Notes: generated by a model from the sequence alone, not told the origin. DNA of 64,000 nucleotides from Octopus vulgaris (GCA_951406725.2 OX597817.1:149544001-149608000); one strand, 5' to 3'. Counted from the stretch's first letter, positions 39,826 to 57,000 are shown. Program-made: numbers and translations.

Positions 39826-40359
39826 CTTGTGCACACGCATACATTATGTGTGCGCGCGCGCGTGTGTCTGTGTTTCTGTGTTTCTATGTGTGTGTGTATC
39901 CTACTTCAGTCGTATGGGTTTGATCATTAGTATGGCATATTCTCAGGTTTAAATACCGGGAGTTAGCCATGATACAGACAGACAGACAGACAGGTAGATA
40001 CATAGAGAGGGAGAGAGAAAGGCAGGAAGACAGGCAGACAGACAGACAGAGATAGGTATGTACGAAATGCAGGTGGATAATACAAATAGACTGGTTTATT
40101 AGATAGATTGATTGATAGATAGATAATTAGATAGATTGGGTGGATGGGTGGGTAGGTAGGTAGGTAGGTAGGTAGGTAGGTAGTTGGGTAGGTAGGTAGG
40201 TAGTTGGGTAGGTGGGTGGGTGGGTAGGTAGGTTTGTGTGTAGGTAGGTAGGTAGGTAGGTAGGTAGGTAGATGGGTAGGTTTGTAGGTAGCTAGGTAGG
40301 CATGCAGGCAGGTATGAAGGAGGATGGTGGGTAGGTAGGAATTATGTAGGTGGGTGGAT

Positions 40360-41670
40360 GGTTAGAAATGTTGACCTTCTGTGTAGAAACTACCTACTTC
40401 AGTATGGACACTGATATATATCGACAAGAAGAAGGTTTAGCTATGGGTTCGCCATTATCACAGATAATAGCTAATATGTACATGGAATACTTTGAGAATT
40501 TGCCTTTAGGATCAACACCACTAAAACCAACCGTATGGCTGCGATATGTTGACGACACCTTTATACTCTGGTCCCACCAGGAAGATGTCCAAGTGTTGTT
40601 AGATCATGTGAACTCAATAAAGCCCTCTATACAGTTCACAATGGAAAAGGAAAAGACAGTCAGCTAGCATTCCTAGACGTATTAATAACACGCACCAAAT
40701 ATGGATTCAGGACATCCGTATCCTGCAAGCCGACCTTCACTGGACGATACCTCAACTTCAATTCCCACCATCCATACAATGTAAAGAGAGTAATTGCTCA
40801 ATGCCTAAAACATCGAGCAATGAATATAAGTAGCGATCGTGATACATACCACGAAGAAATGGTTAAGCTCAGTAACAACCTATTAAACAACAAGTACCCC
40901 AAAAACAAACTATCCACCCCAGTTATGAAGAAAAGAGAGGATGAAACCAATAAACTGTCCACAGTCTGTCTACCTTATATAAAAGGCCTCTCCGAAAAGA
41001 TACAAAAGATATGCGGCCCATATGACATCATGACAGTATTCAAGAGTAATACAATACTTTGCAAATATCTCCTTCGAGTAAAACCACCAATAGAAGAGAA
41101 TATGACCAAATATTGTGTGTACTCCATCCCATGCAGCTGTGGTAGGTTAAACAAAGCCGAAACATGCTATCCCTTCAAAATAAGGGTAGACGAACATCGC
41201 AAAGCTGTGACACGAGGAGATATTGATAAATCGGGTATAGCTGATCATGTATGCAAAAATAGAGACCACCTCCCCCTGTGGGATGAAGTTAAAATAATAG
41301 ACAGAGAGCACCACTGGAAAATACGAAAACTAAAAGAAGCAGCACATATGCTAGGACACAACAACCTCCTAAGCAGATCGGGTGCAGATATGAGTAGCAT
41401 ATGGGAACTGGCATTAAGGAAGGATAGGAAAATATTAGATTTATAAGCCCTAAAATTCACTTCCTAAAAACTCACAGTCATATGGCGTAGTGGTTAAGAG
41501 AGCGAGCTACTGACACGAAGATTCCGAACACGATTCCAAGCAGTGACCTGTATAATAATAATAATAAGAGTATCAAAAAAAAAAACCTTAGGAATTAGAA
41601 TCCTGGTTCGAAATTTCCCCCAAGGCACCTGATGAAGATGAGGACAATTATCCGTCAAATGTAAATAATG
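40360..41670 (+). mobile_element. Penelope-like element, 5'-truncated (RT, GIY-YIG, pLTR)
   Basis: YRQEEGLAMGSPLS...WLRYVDDTF...IQFTMEKE / FLDV...YLNFNSHHP; CVYSIPCSCG..AET..FKIRVDEH; RKLKEA; stop at 41446; starts within a (GGTA)n tract. Confidence 0.92.
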
Positions 41671-41689
41671 TACTATTCTTTTTTTCATA

Positions 41690-41879
41690 TTTGTTTCGGT
41701 CATTTAACTCCGCCCATGCTGGAGCACTGCCTTTAGTCGAATAAATCAACCTCAAGACTTATTCTTTGAAAGCCTAGTACGTATTCTATCGGTCTCTATT
41801 TTCCCGAAACGTTAAGTTACGGGGGCGTAAACACACCAGCACCGGTTCTCAAGCAATGGAAGGAGACAAACACAGACAC

Positions 41880-41945
<66 letters not shown>

Positions 41946-42175
41946 ATTATTTCATTTTTTTTATTATTTCATCTAGTTTCAGCTCACGAGCTGTGGCCAT
42001 GCTGGGGCACCGGACGGGCTCCTTTCAGATTCTGTCTATCAAATCCACTCACAAAGCTTTGGTCGGCCCCAGGCTATACTAGAAGACACTTGCCCAAAAC
42101 GCCACACAGTGGGACTGAACCCGGGACCATTTGGTTGGTAAGCTAGCTACTTACCACACAGCCACTCCTGCGCCT
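41690..42175 (-). mobile_element. SINE family B
   Basis: Full head to tail on the minus strand with internal (TA)n. Confidence 0.85.
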
Positions 42176-42265
42176 CTATATAAATATATCCCTCGGTTTC
42201 CATTAGATTAATATCTCATAAGTCCTTCTTTGCATGTATGCATGTTCTTCCTTGCGGCTGCTCTG

Positions 42266-42342
<77 letters not shown>

Positions 42343-42463
42343 ACGTATATGCTCTTCGAACGCTAACTCTCCCAACTGTTTACCGTTTCACGTAATAGAT
42401 AGATAGATAGAGAGAGGGAGAGAGACGGGGTGGAAAGACGTACATGCATCATATATACATACA

Positions 42464-42517
<54 letters not shown>

Positions 42518-42628
42518 AGCATATAATTTATATATAAGTGTAGAAGTATATACATACATACACACAGATGCATATTCATATGCATACACACAAGCATATA
42601 AATTAATGTGTGCATATATGCACACACG

Positions 42629-42701
<73 letters not shown>

Positions 42702-42885
42702 GTATGTGTGTGTATCCATCCAACCATGCTTGTATCTATACGCTCGCGTGTGTATGTCTGAGTGTGTGTTTGTGTATGTGTTTGTGTGTGTTTGTGTGTG
42801 TGCGTGTGTGTGTGTGAACACTTCAATAACTCTCCTTCAAATAGGCCATTCCTTTGCTAATTTTTCGTTCGTCTTCGTTGTCTTC

Positions 42886-42923
<38 letters not shown>

Positions 42924-42962
42924 AATGTCTTTTCTCTCTCTATCTATCTATCAACATAAATA

Positions 42963-43593
42963 GATAAAGACAGAGAGAGCGTTAGAGACAGAGACAGAGA
43001 GAATGAAAGAGAGAGAGACACAGAGAGAGTGAGAGAGAGACAGATAAAAAGTCAGATAGATCCTGTTCTCTCTCTTCCCCCTCTCTCTCTCCTTCTCGCA
43101 CTGTTTTCTCTCTTTCTATCTCTCTCTCTCTCTCTATCTCTCTCTCCTTCTCGCACTGTTGTCTCCCTTTCTCTCTATCTCTCTCTCTATCTAAGACAGA
43201 GAGAGCGTGAGAGACAGAGACAGAGAGAATGAGAGAGAGAGAGACAGAGAGAGAGTGAGAGAGACAGATAAAAAGTCGGATAGATCCTGTTCTCTCTCCT
43301 ATTCCCCCCTCTCTCTCTCTCTCCTTCTCGCACTGTTTTCTCTCTTTCTCTCTCTCTCTCTCTATCTCTCTCTCCTTCTCGCACTGTTGTCTCCCTTTCT
43401 CTCTCCCTCTCTCTATCTCTCTCTATCTATCTATCTATCAACATAAATAGATAAAGACAGAGAGAGCGTGAGAGACAGAGACAGAAAGAATGAGAGAGAG
43501 AGAGACAGAGAGAGAGTGAGAGAGAGACAGATAAAAAGTCAGATAGATCCTGTTCTCTCTCCTTCCCCCTCTCTCTCTCTCCTTCTCGCACTG

Positions 43594-43624
<31 letters not shown>

Positions 43625-43930
43625 CTTCTCGCACTGTTGTCTCCCTTTCTCTCTCCCTCTCTCTATCTCTCTCTCTCTATCTAAGACAGAGAGAGCGTGA
43701 GAGACAGAGACAGAGAGAATGAGAGAGACAGAGAGAGAGTGAGAGAGAGACAGATAAAAAGTCAGATAGATCCTGTTCTCTCTCCTTCCCCCTCTCTCTC
43801 CTTCTCGCACTGTTTTCTCTCTTTCTCTCTCTCTTTCTCTCTCTCTCTTTCTCTCTCTCTCTATCTCTCTCTCTCCTTCTCGCACTGTTGTCTCCCTTTC
43901 TCTCTACCTCTCTCTATCTCTCTCTCTCAA
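42963..43930. repeat. Tandem array of about 4 units of about 230-260 bp, each a GA-rich half plus a CT-rich half
   Basis: Repeated anchors CAGATAAAAAGTC.GATAGATCCTGTTCTCTC and CCTTCTCGCACTGTT. Confidence 0.9.
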
Positions 43931-44433
43931 TCTATCTATCTATATCTATCTCTATCTCTCTCTTCCTCTCGCTGTCAAATATTTTTTCTTCAATACATAA
44001 TCATACGATAAACAAAACACCATTGTCGAAGATGGTCCAGTAATTACAATTTTCACTCAAATAACACTTTCAATTAAATAATTATTTTAAAATAAAAACA
44101 TGTAATCAAAAAGAAATTAGCGAAAATTGATTTAACTTCAATTTTATTATCAATTCTTTATTGAATTCTTTCTTTTTCTTTTGTTTTAATATATTTTTAT
44201 AATTGATTATTTTTGTTCTTTTTATTTCTTTTCAGTTTTCTTTATGCCTTTTTTATTATGTTTTTGTTCTTAAACTAAATTTAGACATTTTATTTGGGTT
44301 TTTTTCTTTCTATATTTCATAATATTTGTTACTTTTCAATCCAAATAGAAGATAGCTTTCGTTTTCTTGACTGGAGCGATGTATGTGTAGATGTTGTTGT
44401 GGCTTCTGCCAATACCGCTGCCGCCGCCGCCGC

Positions 44434-44486
<53 letters not shown>

Positions 44487-44670
44487 GTGATGATGCTGAT
44501 GCTGTTGCTCTCCATGTTTTACAAGTTACGTATGTATGTATAGATAGATAGACACACAGATAGATAGAGAGACAAATAGGTAGATAGATAGATAAATAGA
44601 TAAAGAGAGGGAGGGGAGAGAGAGACAGACAGACAGATAGACAGAAAGAATGATAGAGAGACAGACATAC

Positions 44671-44737
<67 letters not shown>

Positions 44738-44811
44738 AAGATAGACAGACAGACAGACAGACAGACAGTCAGGCAGACAGACACTCAGACAGACTGATAG
44801 ACAGACTGATG

Positions 44812-44877
<66 letters not shown>

Positions 44878-44883
44878 CACACA

Positions 44884-46140
44884 GCAACAGGGTATTTTTG
44901 TTTCTATGTATGTATGTTTTATGTATGTATTCTTATACATATCGTTGCATATCTAGACATGCTCATATATACTTAAATGATAAACCTTTTGAAAGTTTTA
45001 CAGATTTTTACAGTTCCAGTGATGGATTGGATCTATAGTCTTCGAATTAGCTTTCTTCTTTCTGGCTTTGAGAATCCTAATTTCACAAGATTGGTATTTA
45101 AGCAGTGTGTTACACATCTCAGGGCCCCAATAATTACAGGTATAAACCTGAACTTGTAATCTGGATAGAGTAACTGCAGACTTCTCGATAGTTCATCATA
45201 AGGGTTCTCTTTTTCACTGATCTTCAGCTTTATGTTAACATCCACTAGGCAGCTAATTTCCACAAATGTGCACAATTTCTCTTCTCTATCCCAAATCATT
45301 ATATCAGGTCTATTGTGCTTACATTTTATTGAGGTCCTCACTGGTACATTGCACCAGTATTCCTTTTTATTATGAGTGGCTGTGGCATTTACCATACTGT
45401 GGGTTCTTATTTCTTTGTCCTCGGGGTTATCTTTCCGACGGATGTTATTATAGATCGTCCTAGCTACAACATCATGTCTCATCGGTAGACATTTTCGGAC
45501 AACTGTTTATGATGTGGGTGATATCTTGGGTATTAACTCCACAAAGTCTGCATCGGTTTACTACTTTTCCTGCTTCTCTATCCCTTTTGTGCATCAGGTA
45601 CTTGGTTGATATTTCCTGTTCCTGGATTGCAAACGCATGCCCTTCAGAGCGGGAGGTAGTAATCCGGCTATTGATCCATGATAAACTGCTTTGATGATCG
45701 ATGTTACTATCATCACAGAGCTTTCTACTAACATATCCATGCATAGTGTTCTGCTCATGTAAGCTCATCCTTCCATCTGATGATACGTTGCGGTAGAGTC
45801 GTGCGACTTCTTTGGGCATGTATTCTAGGTTATCAGACACAGAATGTTGCTCAAGGAGCTGCCTTCCAAGTCTTATGATGTTATCAACCTCATGTATGCA
45901 AACTTGGTCAAAGGATGCACTTCGACACTTGGTGGTTAAAAGATGTTGCCGAAGGGATACGATACGACATTCAAAGGTATTTTGGATCGATGTTAAGCAT
46001 CAGCCGCCTTGATTTCGTTTTAGGTAGAGGCGGTCTACGTCACTGTTTATGTGGAAATTATGTGTGCTTTTCGGGTTCTCACATCAATGGTTCGGATCTC
46101 ATCAAACGTCCAATCAAGCAGCCCAAATGTTGATATGAGT
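44884..46140 (-). mobile_element. R4/Dong-like non-LTR retrotransposon 3' part (RT end, CCHC, RLE)
   Basis: HINSDVDRLYLKRNQGG; CRLCGVNTQDITHIINSC; RHDVVA; HNRPDIMIWD..FVEISC; IPVIIGAL. Confidence 0.9.
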
Positions 46141-46224
46141 ACTGGCACTGTAAACATATAGGTACTCATTTTCACTGTTCACTGTTTTATTGAACGCAGA
46201 GAGTTCTGAGGTTCAAATTTTCTT

Positions 46225-46256
<32 letters not shown>

Positions 46257-46677
46257 TGTATGTATGTATGTATGTATGTATGTATGTATGTATGTATGTG
46301 TAATATTTCTACATAAATGAGCATCGTTGTATGTGAATGCGCATGTATGTGAGCATGTGTGCCTCTCTATTATTGGCGAATTTGGTATAGACGAATGCAG
46401 GGAAGTATTCTTTATGCTCTAAGTTGAAAATGCGTCAAAGGATTATACTTTTGTGACCGATAAATTACTGGTATCGATGTAGCATTCTCTCTTTCTCTTT
46501 TTCTTTCTCTCTCACCCTCCCCTTCTCTATCTCTGCTTCTCTTCCTCTTCCTCTCTCTCCCTCTCTCCCTTTCTCAATTCTTCATCTTTTTCACTCTTAT
46601 TTCTTCCTTTCTCTTTATCCATCTCTCTCTTCCTCTCCTACACTTGCTATCCAGCCCTTCTGTTTTTCTCTTTCTCC

Positions 46678-46708
<31 letters not shown>

Positions 46709-46910
46709 TCTACTTCCTCGCTCACATTTTCCTTCTCTCTCTCTCTCCGTCTCTATTTTTCCCCAAAAATTTACCTATAAATCAAACGTCCAGCTTCATC
46801 AAATTGTTACGTTAGATGTACACGTGTCTATGGAATCCTCAGCCACTTATGCGCTAATTTTACAAATAGGGATGCAATTAATTGAACAACGGAGTGCTTT
46901 CGTCGAGTCC

Positions 46911-47136
<226 letters not shown>

Positions 47137-47534
47137 ACGCATGTATATAAGGAAAATAAGAGAAAGTAGAAAATGCTATAATAATTCTATCAAGAACATT
47201 TTAGTACTGGTTTCAGTTTTGCGACTTTTTCAACTTAGAGTAAAGCATGAAAAACAATTAAATTGTGGAAAAATTAATTGAAATGTTTTTTCAAAAGATA
47301 TTACCATAGTTTTCAAATACAAGGGACATTTTCCTTTTTCCTGTATCTCTTTCTCTGTCTATCTGTGTGCGCGCGCGCGCGTGTGTGTGTGTGTGTGTCT
47401 CGCTCTATCTCTCTCACTTTTACTCTTGTGAACGCTTGGTAGTAGGTAGCAGCAGTCCTAAAAGAATATTTGACATGAGGGATGTGAGTTCTTAGTTCTG
47501 ATTTTTAAGCCACCGTAGTCGAGGAAGGAGAGGA

Positions 47535-47608
47535 GAAGAAGAAGAAGAAGAAGAAGAAGAAGAAGAAGAAGAAGAAGAAGAAGAAGAAGAAGAAGAAGAA
47601 GAAGAAGA
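47535..47608. repeat. (GAA)n
   Basis: Direct reading. Confidence 0.95.
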
Positions 47609-47888
47609 AGAAGAAGAATATATAATACGAGCAATGGAGTAGGCGCCGCTCACGAATCTATAACTGACAGGCTAGTCCAGTGTCCCTAACTTTGCTCATG
47701 AGGCGGTTATCTTCCCTATCAGTGTATATATTGTACGCTTCATGCAGCATTAAGCGTTTAACTTTCATTTCTTGCAGTATAGGTGCTATTTAGCACCCTC
47801 AGTCACAATTAGTGACGATTAACTTTTAACTTTATGGCTTTATGTTGCGCCTGGCCGCATATATGAATTTATATATATATATATACCT

Positions 47889-47959
<71 letters not shown>

Positions 47960-47969
47960 TATATATTCT

Positions 47970-48325
47970 TTTATTTGTTTCGGTTATTTCACTGCGACCA
48001 TGCTGGAGCACCACTTTCAGACGAACAAATCGATGCTGGGACTTATTCTTTGCAAGCCTAGTACTTATTCTATCAGTTTCTTTTATGAACAGCTAAGTTA
48101 CGGGGACGCAATCATGCTAGCATCGGTTGCCAAGCAATGGTGGAGGCACAAACACAGACGCACATATATATATATTATTTATACGTCGGGCCTCTTTCAG
48201 ATTCCGTCTACCAATTCCACTCACAAGGCTTTGGTCGTCCCTAGGGTATAGTAGAAGACACTTGCCAAAGTTGCTATGCAGTGGGACTGAACCCGGAACC
48301 ATTTGGTTGGTAAGCAAGCTACTTA
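47970..48325 (-). mobile_element. SINE family B
   Basis: Matches family B. Confidence 0.85.
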
Positions 48326-48511
48326 CTTAATTTTTATGTACAAGAAATTATGAGTACACAATCGCATTAATATGTATGCTCGGCATCACACATGTTTATG
48401 TAACCAAGATGTTCTGGTGTTCTGATGAGCTAGCTTTCTTTATCTCCACTGATTTGTGAATATACAGTTGTATAGCGCTGAACACATGTTTGTATATATG
48501 TATAAATATGC

Positions 48512-48545
<34 letters not shown>

Positions 48546-48889
48546 GATAAATACAGTCACTCTGTATAAGCATGAATACATACGAGCAAGCATGTTCGTA
48601 TATATGTATGTATGTGTGTATGTATTTGTATATGTGCATGTATGCATGTATGTATATATGTATGTATGCATATATGTATGCGTGTATTTATTTGCATGTA
48701 TGCATGTTATGTATAAATGTAATTATTTAGCCTTTTGCCAAACAGAGAAAAAGACGGTTTCTAACCTAGATCCAAGGCTCCTTCTTTGGAATTTCAACAA
48801 CAGCGTATTTGGGTATCTATGTATATACATGTGCAAATATTTGGTGTCGGTACATGCGTAGATCTGCATTCTTTGGTGTATAAATGTAT

Positions 48890-50830
<1,941 letters not shown>

Positions 50831-51146
50831 GTTCTTGTATACAAGTTTATGGAACACATAAATGAATGGAATATCTTTTGAGTGTATGAAAGAACTACGG
50901 AAGCAATCTTGGAAATGGGAGTTCACAAATACACACACACACACATACTCACAAACACACATATATGTACCTGTACGTCAGTGTGTGTGTAGGTTTCTGT
51001 GTTTTCATGATTGTGTGCGTGTTCATGAGTGTGTGTGTGTGTGTAAGTGCTGTGTGTGTATATGAGTGTCTCTGTGTCACTGAGTGTATATGTGTGTATA
51101 TATGTATGTAATTTAATGCACTACCACTTATGCATATAACAATGTT

Positions 51147-51467
51147 AAGGCGCGTAGCTTAGTGGTTACGGCATTCGACTCACGATTGTAAGATCGTGTG
51201 TTCAATTCCCGGCGACGCGTTGTCTATTGAGCAAGACACGTTATTTCACGTTGCTCCAGTCCACTCTGCTTGCAAAAACGAGTTGTACCTGTATTTCAAA
51301 GGGCCAGCCTTGTCACACTCTATGTCACGCTGAATCTCCCTGAGAACTACATTAAGGGTACACGTGTCTGTGGAGTGCTCAGCCACTTGCACGTTAATTT
51401 CACGAACAAGCTGTTCCGTTGATCGGATCAACAGGAACGCTCCTCGTTGTAACCGACGGAGGGCTCC
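51147..51467 (+). mobile_element. SINE family C, full length
   Basis: Near-TSD ATGCATAyAACAAT at 51130-51143 and 51473-51486. Confidence 0.9.
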
Positions 51468-51748
51468 TTTGAATGCATACAACAATACGGTGTACTTGTG
51501 AGCATATTCTTTTATTTGTTTCAGTCATTTGACTGCTGCTATGCTGGAGCACCACCTTTAGCAAATCGAACCCAGGACTTATTCTTTGTAAGCCTAGTAC
51601 TTATTCTATCGGTCTCTTTTGGCGAACCACTAAGTTACGGGGACGTAAGCACAACAGCATCGGTTGTCAAGTGATGTTGGGGGACAAACGCAGACATACA
51701 AACATATATACACACATACATACATACATACATACATACATACATACA

Positions 51749-51784
<36 letters not shown>

Positions 51785-51877
51785 TATTTATTTATATTTA
51801 TATATAATATGAGGGAATATTATTCCAAACTTACAGAGAAAAATTCAATTTAGAAATACTAAATTAGATTTCACAAA

Positions 51878-51942
<65 letters not shown>

Positions 51943-52119
51943 TAGAAAAAATATATACCAAATATATACGTTTTATTTACTATTTTGCACATTACTTAAT
52001 CATCGTTATATTTTTTATCTATTATATGTAATTTTCTAGATGGTGTAATTTAATTTTTCATTTTGAACTGATAAAAGGTGGTTCTTTTCTAATTTATTTA
52101 TATAAATATATACATATAA

Positions 52120-52165
<46 letters not shown>

Positions 52166-52527
52166 ATATATATAATTTTATATAAATAAGGATAAGATCG
52201 ATATTTAAATACCGATCTTATCAGGTGGCCAGCATGAGAATAGAAACCTTCAAAGGTAATAATAATTTTTTTTTATGTATTTATTTTGTCTCTTTGTCTT
52301 CTCTCCTGGTACTGTATGAACATTTAATGTGATTTTAGAGTCCAATTTTTGGCTGCTATTTCGTAAGTGCTATGGACAGATTATAGTTAAGCTCCAATTT
52401 TGGTGATTATAGTCTATCCATAGTACTACGAAGTTGCTGCAATAAATCTAAGGATAACAACAGGTAGTCAAAACTGTGCCAATGCCTTTCTCATCACTTA
52501 TTTATACATTTTGTGCAATTTCTCCAT

Positions 52528-52980
<453 letters not shown>

Positions 52981-52982
52981 AG

Positions 52983-53040
<58 letters not shown>

Positions 53041-53394
53041 GATGAATATGGTACTTACGTTAAAGGCACCAGAATTTTGTATGGTATTATCCATATAAAT
53101 CAAATGGGGTGATTATAATCAAAATAAGCAACAAGGATATCCAAGGTAGTGTAGTACAATCGTTTCATGCTACTTCATTTTATTAAACACTGTAAGTATT
53201 ACATCAGTTTTAAAATGTTTAAATATTCAGGATACGTACATACAGATGCACGCACATACATACATATATACATATGCATACACACACATATATACATACA
53301 TACACATGCAAACACACACACACACACACACTGACCCCACACACACACTGACCCACACACACACACTGACCCACACACATGCGCACAAACAAGC

Positions 53395-53560
53395 AAAAGG
53401 GAACCCAGTGTAAATAACGGACAGAGTCAACACTATTGAAAAGGTTGCAACACGCAACGAAAAGTTTAGGGAAATAAAAATAAGAAATAAGTGGAAATTT
53501 TACCGGTGAGTGTGATAAATTATAAGGCACAAAAAGAAAATGACTCTCCCCAGACACAAC
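53395..53560 (+). mobile_element. Short Penelope-pLTR-like repeat (second copy inverted at about 63455-63590)
   Basis: Shared GAAAAGGTTGCAA.ACGCAACGA..., GTGGAAATTTTACCGGTGAGTGTG and TCTCCCCAGACACAACA segments. Confidence 0.65.
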
Positions 53561-53572
53561 AATATATATATC

Positions 53573-53619
<47 letters not shown>

Positions 53620-54098
53620 ATACACGCGCACACACAGATGTTTGGTGGGTTGGTGGCGCTGTTGTTGGTTGTATTCGTTTTCGTATTGGTGAAGATAATG
53701 ACGGTGATTGTGGAGGTATTATTGATGGTGACAACGATCATATTGTTCTTGTTTAACGTATTGTTGTTGCTGGTTAGTTTCAAGTCAATCCTCAGTGACC
53801 TCAGATCAAAGACATTCCATTCAGCGTTTAAAGTAAACCAGAGCACCACCATTATCTCATGAGACTCTCTTTTATTTCAGATAGAAGTGGGTTTTTTTTT
53901 TGCTTTTTGTTTTTTGTTTTTTGTTTTTTGTTGGTATTATTATTGTTGGTGTCGTTATCGGTCATTAGGGAGTTGCTGGGTTGCTATTGGTTACGATGCT
54001 GGTATTGGTTGCGTTGGCGCTAATGTTAGATAGTGACAGTTGCTTAAGGTTGATTAAGCAACACCCACACATACATATAATATAGACAGGTATGTATG

Positions 54099-54286
<188 letters not shown>

Positions 54287-54737
54287 ATTAATATTGACAT
54301 CAGTATGCAATGTTTTACCAGAAAGGAAAACTATAATTGTCACTAAATATGATTATGGTGTTAGAAACGCCTATACATGTATGTTTATGTTCGTGTGTGT
54401 GTATGTAGTTGTGTATATGTATATGTGTATATACATAGGGAGAGAGAGAGGAGGGGAGGGAGAAGAAAAGATACATACATACATAGATACATACATAGAT
54501 GGATGGATAGATAGCTAGATAGAGAGAGAGAGAGAGAGAGATACACACACAGAGAGGAATAGATAAATAGTTGGACAGACAGGCAGACAGACAGACTGAC
54601 GGACAAGCGGACTGACAGGCCGACAGGCGGGCAGAGTGACAGTTAGATCTTCGAATCTGAGATATCACCATGCTGCCACTCACTTTCACAGCTTGTTATG
54701 CAAGATTGTGATACCTAAGATTTAATAATTATATAAA

Positions 54738-54889
54738 ACTCTGCAATATTATCTGAGAGCTGTAAACAGTTCTCAGTGCACACATATACACACACGCATA
54801 CTTATATATATATATATATATATAAGTATGTGTGTGTGTGTATATGTGTGCACTGAGAAGTGTTTACAGCTCTCAGATAATATTGCAGA

Positions 54890-54891
<2 letters not shown>
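54738..54891. repeat. Local inverted duplication centred on (TA)n
   Basis: ACTCTGCAATATTATCTGAGAGCTGTAAACA.TTCTCAGTGCACACATATAC and its reverse complement. Confidence 0.9.
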
Positions 54892-54956
<65 letters not shown>

Positions 54957-55117
54957 TGTATGTATGTATGTATGTATGTATGTATGTATGTGTGTGTGTA
55001 TATATATATATATACATATATATACATATATATATTTATATATGTACATACATGTATATATGTATGTGTGTGTACATACATACAAGTGGTATATATATAT
55101 ATAGAAATAGATATAGG

Positions 55118-55239
<122 letters not shown>

Positions 55240-55240
55240 T

Positions 55241-55281
<41 letters not shown>

Positions 55282-56199
55282 CAGACACACAAACAGACAG
55301 ACAGATAGATAGATAGATGTGAGATTGAGCATCCTCGTGATTGTTATTCTCGACGTCATCATTATCCCCAACAACAACATCCTCATCATCATCACCATCA
55401 TCATCATCATAATTATCATTATTACTTTGTATTAACACCATTATTGTTCTCGTCATTCATGTCTTTTATTCCTTGAGGTTTTATTCCAAACTAAATTTTA
55501 AAAATATAAAGAACTATTGGAATTCTTACCTAATATCTATAAAACTCTTATAATTACTTACCTCCGGTCGTAAACACTTGTGAAACTAATTTCAGTTTCT
55601 GCATTTTTGCTCCTATCTAATCTTAATGTGCTATATATTTGTATTATATATTTATATTATACATTTACATTGTATATTTATATTGCTTTATATACGTGTG
55701 TACCTGTGCGTTGGTGTAGATGTATAAGCGTGTGTATGTGTTGATGTTCTCTCTATGTTTGTCCTTGTGTCTTTGTATTTCTGTATCTGGGTGATTGCGT
55801 TGGAGTGTCTGTGTTCGTTTGCTCTGATGCACATTTATATTATTTTGGATTTGTGCGCCTGCGCGTTGGAGTGAGTGTATATTTCTGCCTGTGTGTTGGT
55901 GTAAATGTCTGTGTGTGTATTTGTGCATCTTGTTATTTTTGTGTACGATATATTATATACATAGATAAATATATGTATGTATGTACGTATATATGTTTGT
56001 ATGTATGTATTTTGTATGTTTGTATGTATGCATGTATGCATGCATGTATATATGAATCTATATATGTAAGTATGTATGTATTTAAATATGTATGTATATA
56101 TAGAATGTATGTATATATGCGTATGTATAATGTATGTGTGTAAGTATGTATGTATGTAAGCATGCATGTATGTATGTAAGCAGACATGTATGTATGTAC

Positions 56200-56245
<46 letters not shown>

Positions 56246-56729
56246 GTATAATGTATGTATGTATGTAAGTATATATGTATAATGTATGTGTGTATGTATG
56301 TATATGTATAATGTATGAATCTATGTGTGTACAATGTATGTGTGTAAGTATGTATGCATGTATGTATGTATATATGTATGTATGTATGTATGTATACATT
56401 TCTCAACCTGTGTGTTGGCATATCTGTATAAGTGTATGATTGCTTGTGTTGTTTAAGTGTGTACGTGTATGAGTTGGTGCGTCTGTGTATATGCGTGCGT
56501 GTTTGTTACACATTATATATTTACATGATTCTAATACGTGTGTGTGTGTGCAAGATTGCGTGCGTGTGTGTGTGTGTGCAGATATGTGTGTGTGTGCGTG
56601 TGTGCAGATATGTGTGTGCTTTGCATTACGCATATTGTTCATACGTTTACTTTTGTGTACTCGATTTTGTTTTTTATCTTTTATCTGTTTCCAACCTTAA
56701 CAACTTTTCTTCCTTGGTATTTCCCACGA

Positions 56730-56799
<70 letters not shown>

Positions 56800-56956
56800 T
56801 TGGAAGAGGATGCGTGGTGGCGTTCAGTCATATAATGATATAAATATATATATATATATATATAATTATCAGTCTAGTAAATAAAAAAATAAGCTAGCAT
56901 AATATAATGTCTAAAAGTTGATGAACCACATATTGATCCCCTCCATTTTCTTATTG

Positions 56957-56999
<43 letters not shown>

Positions 57000-57000
<1 letters not shown>

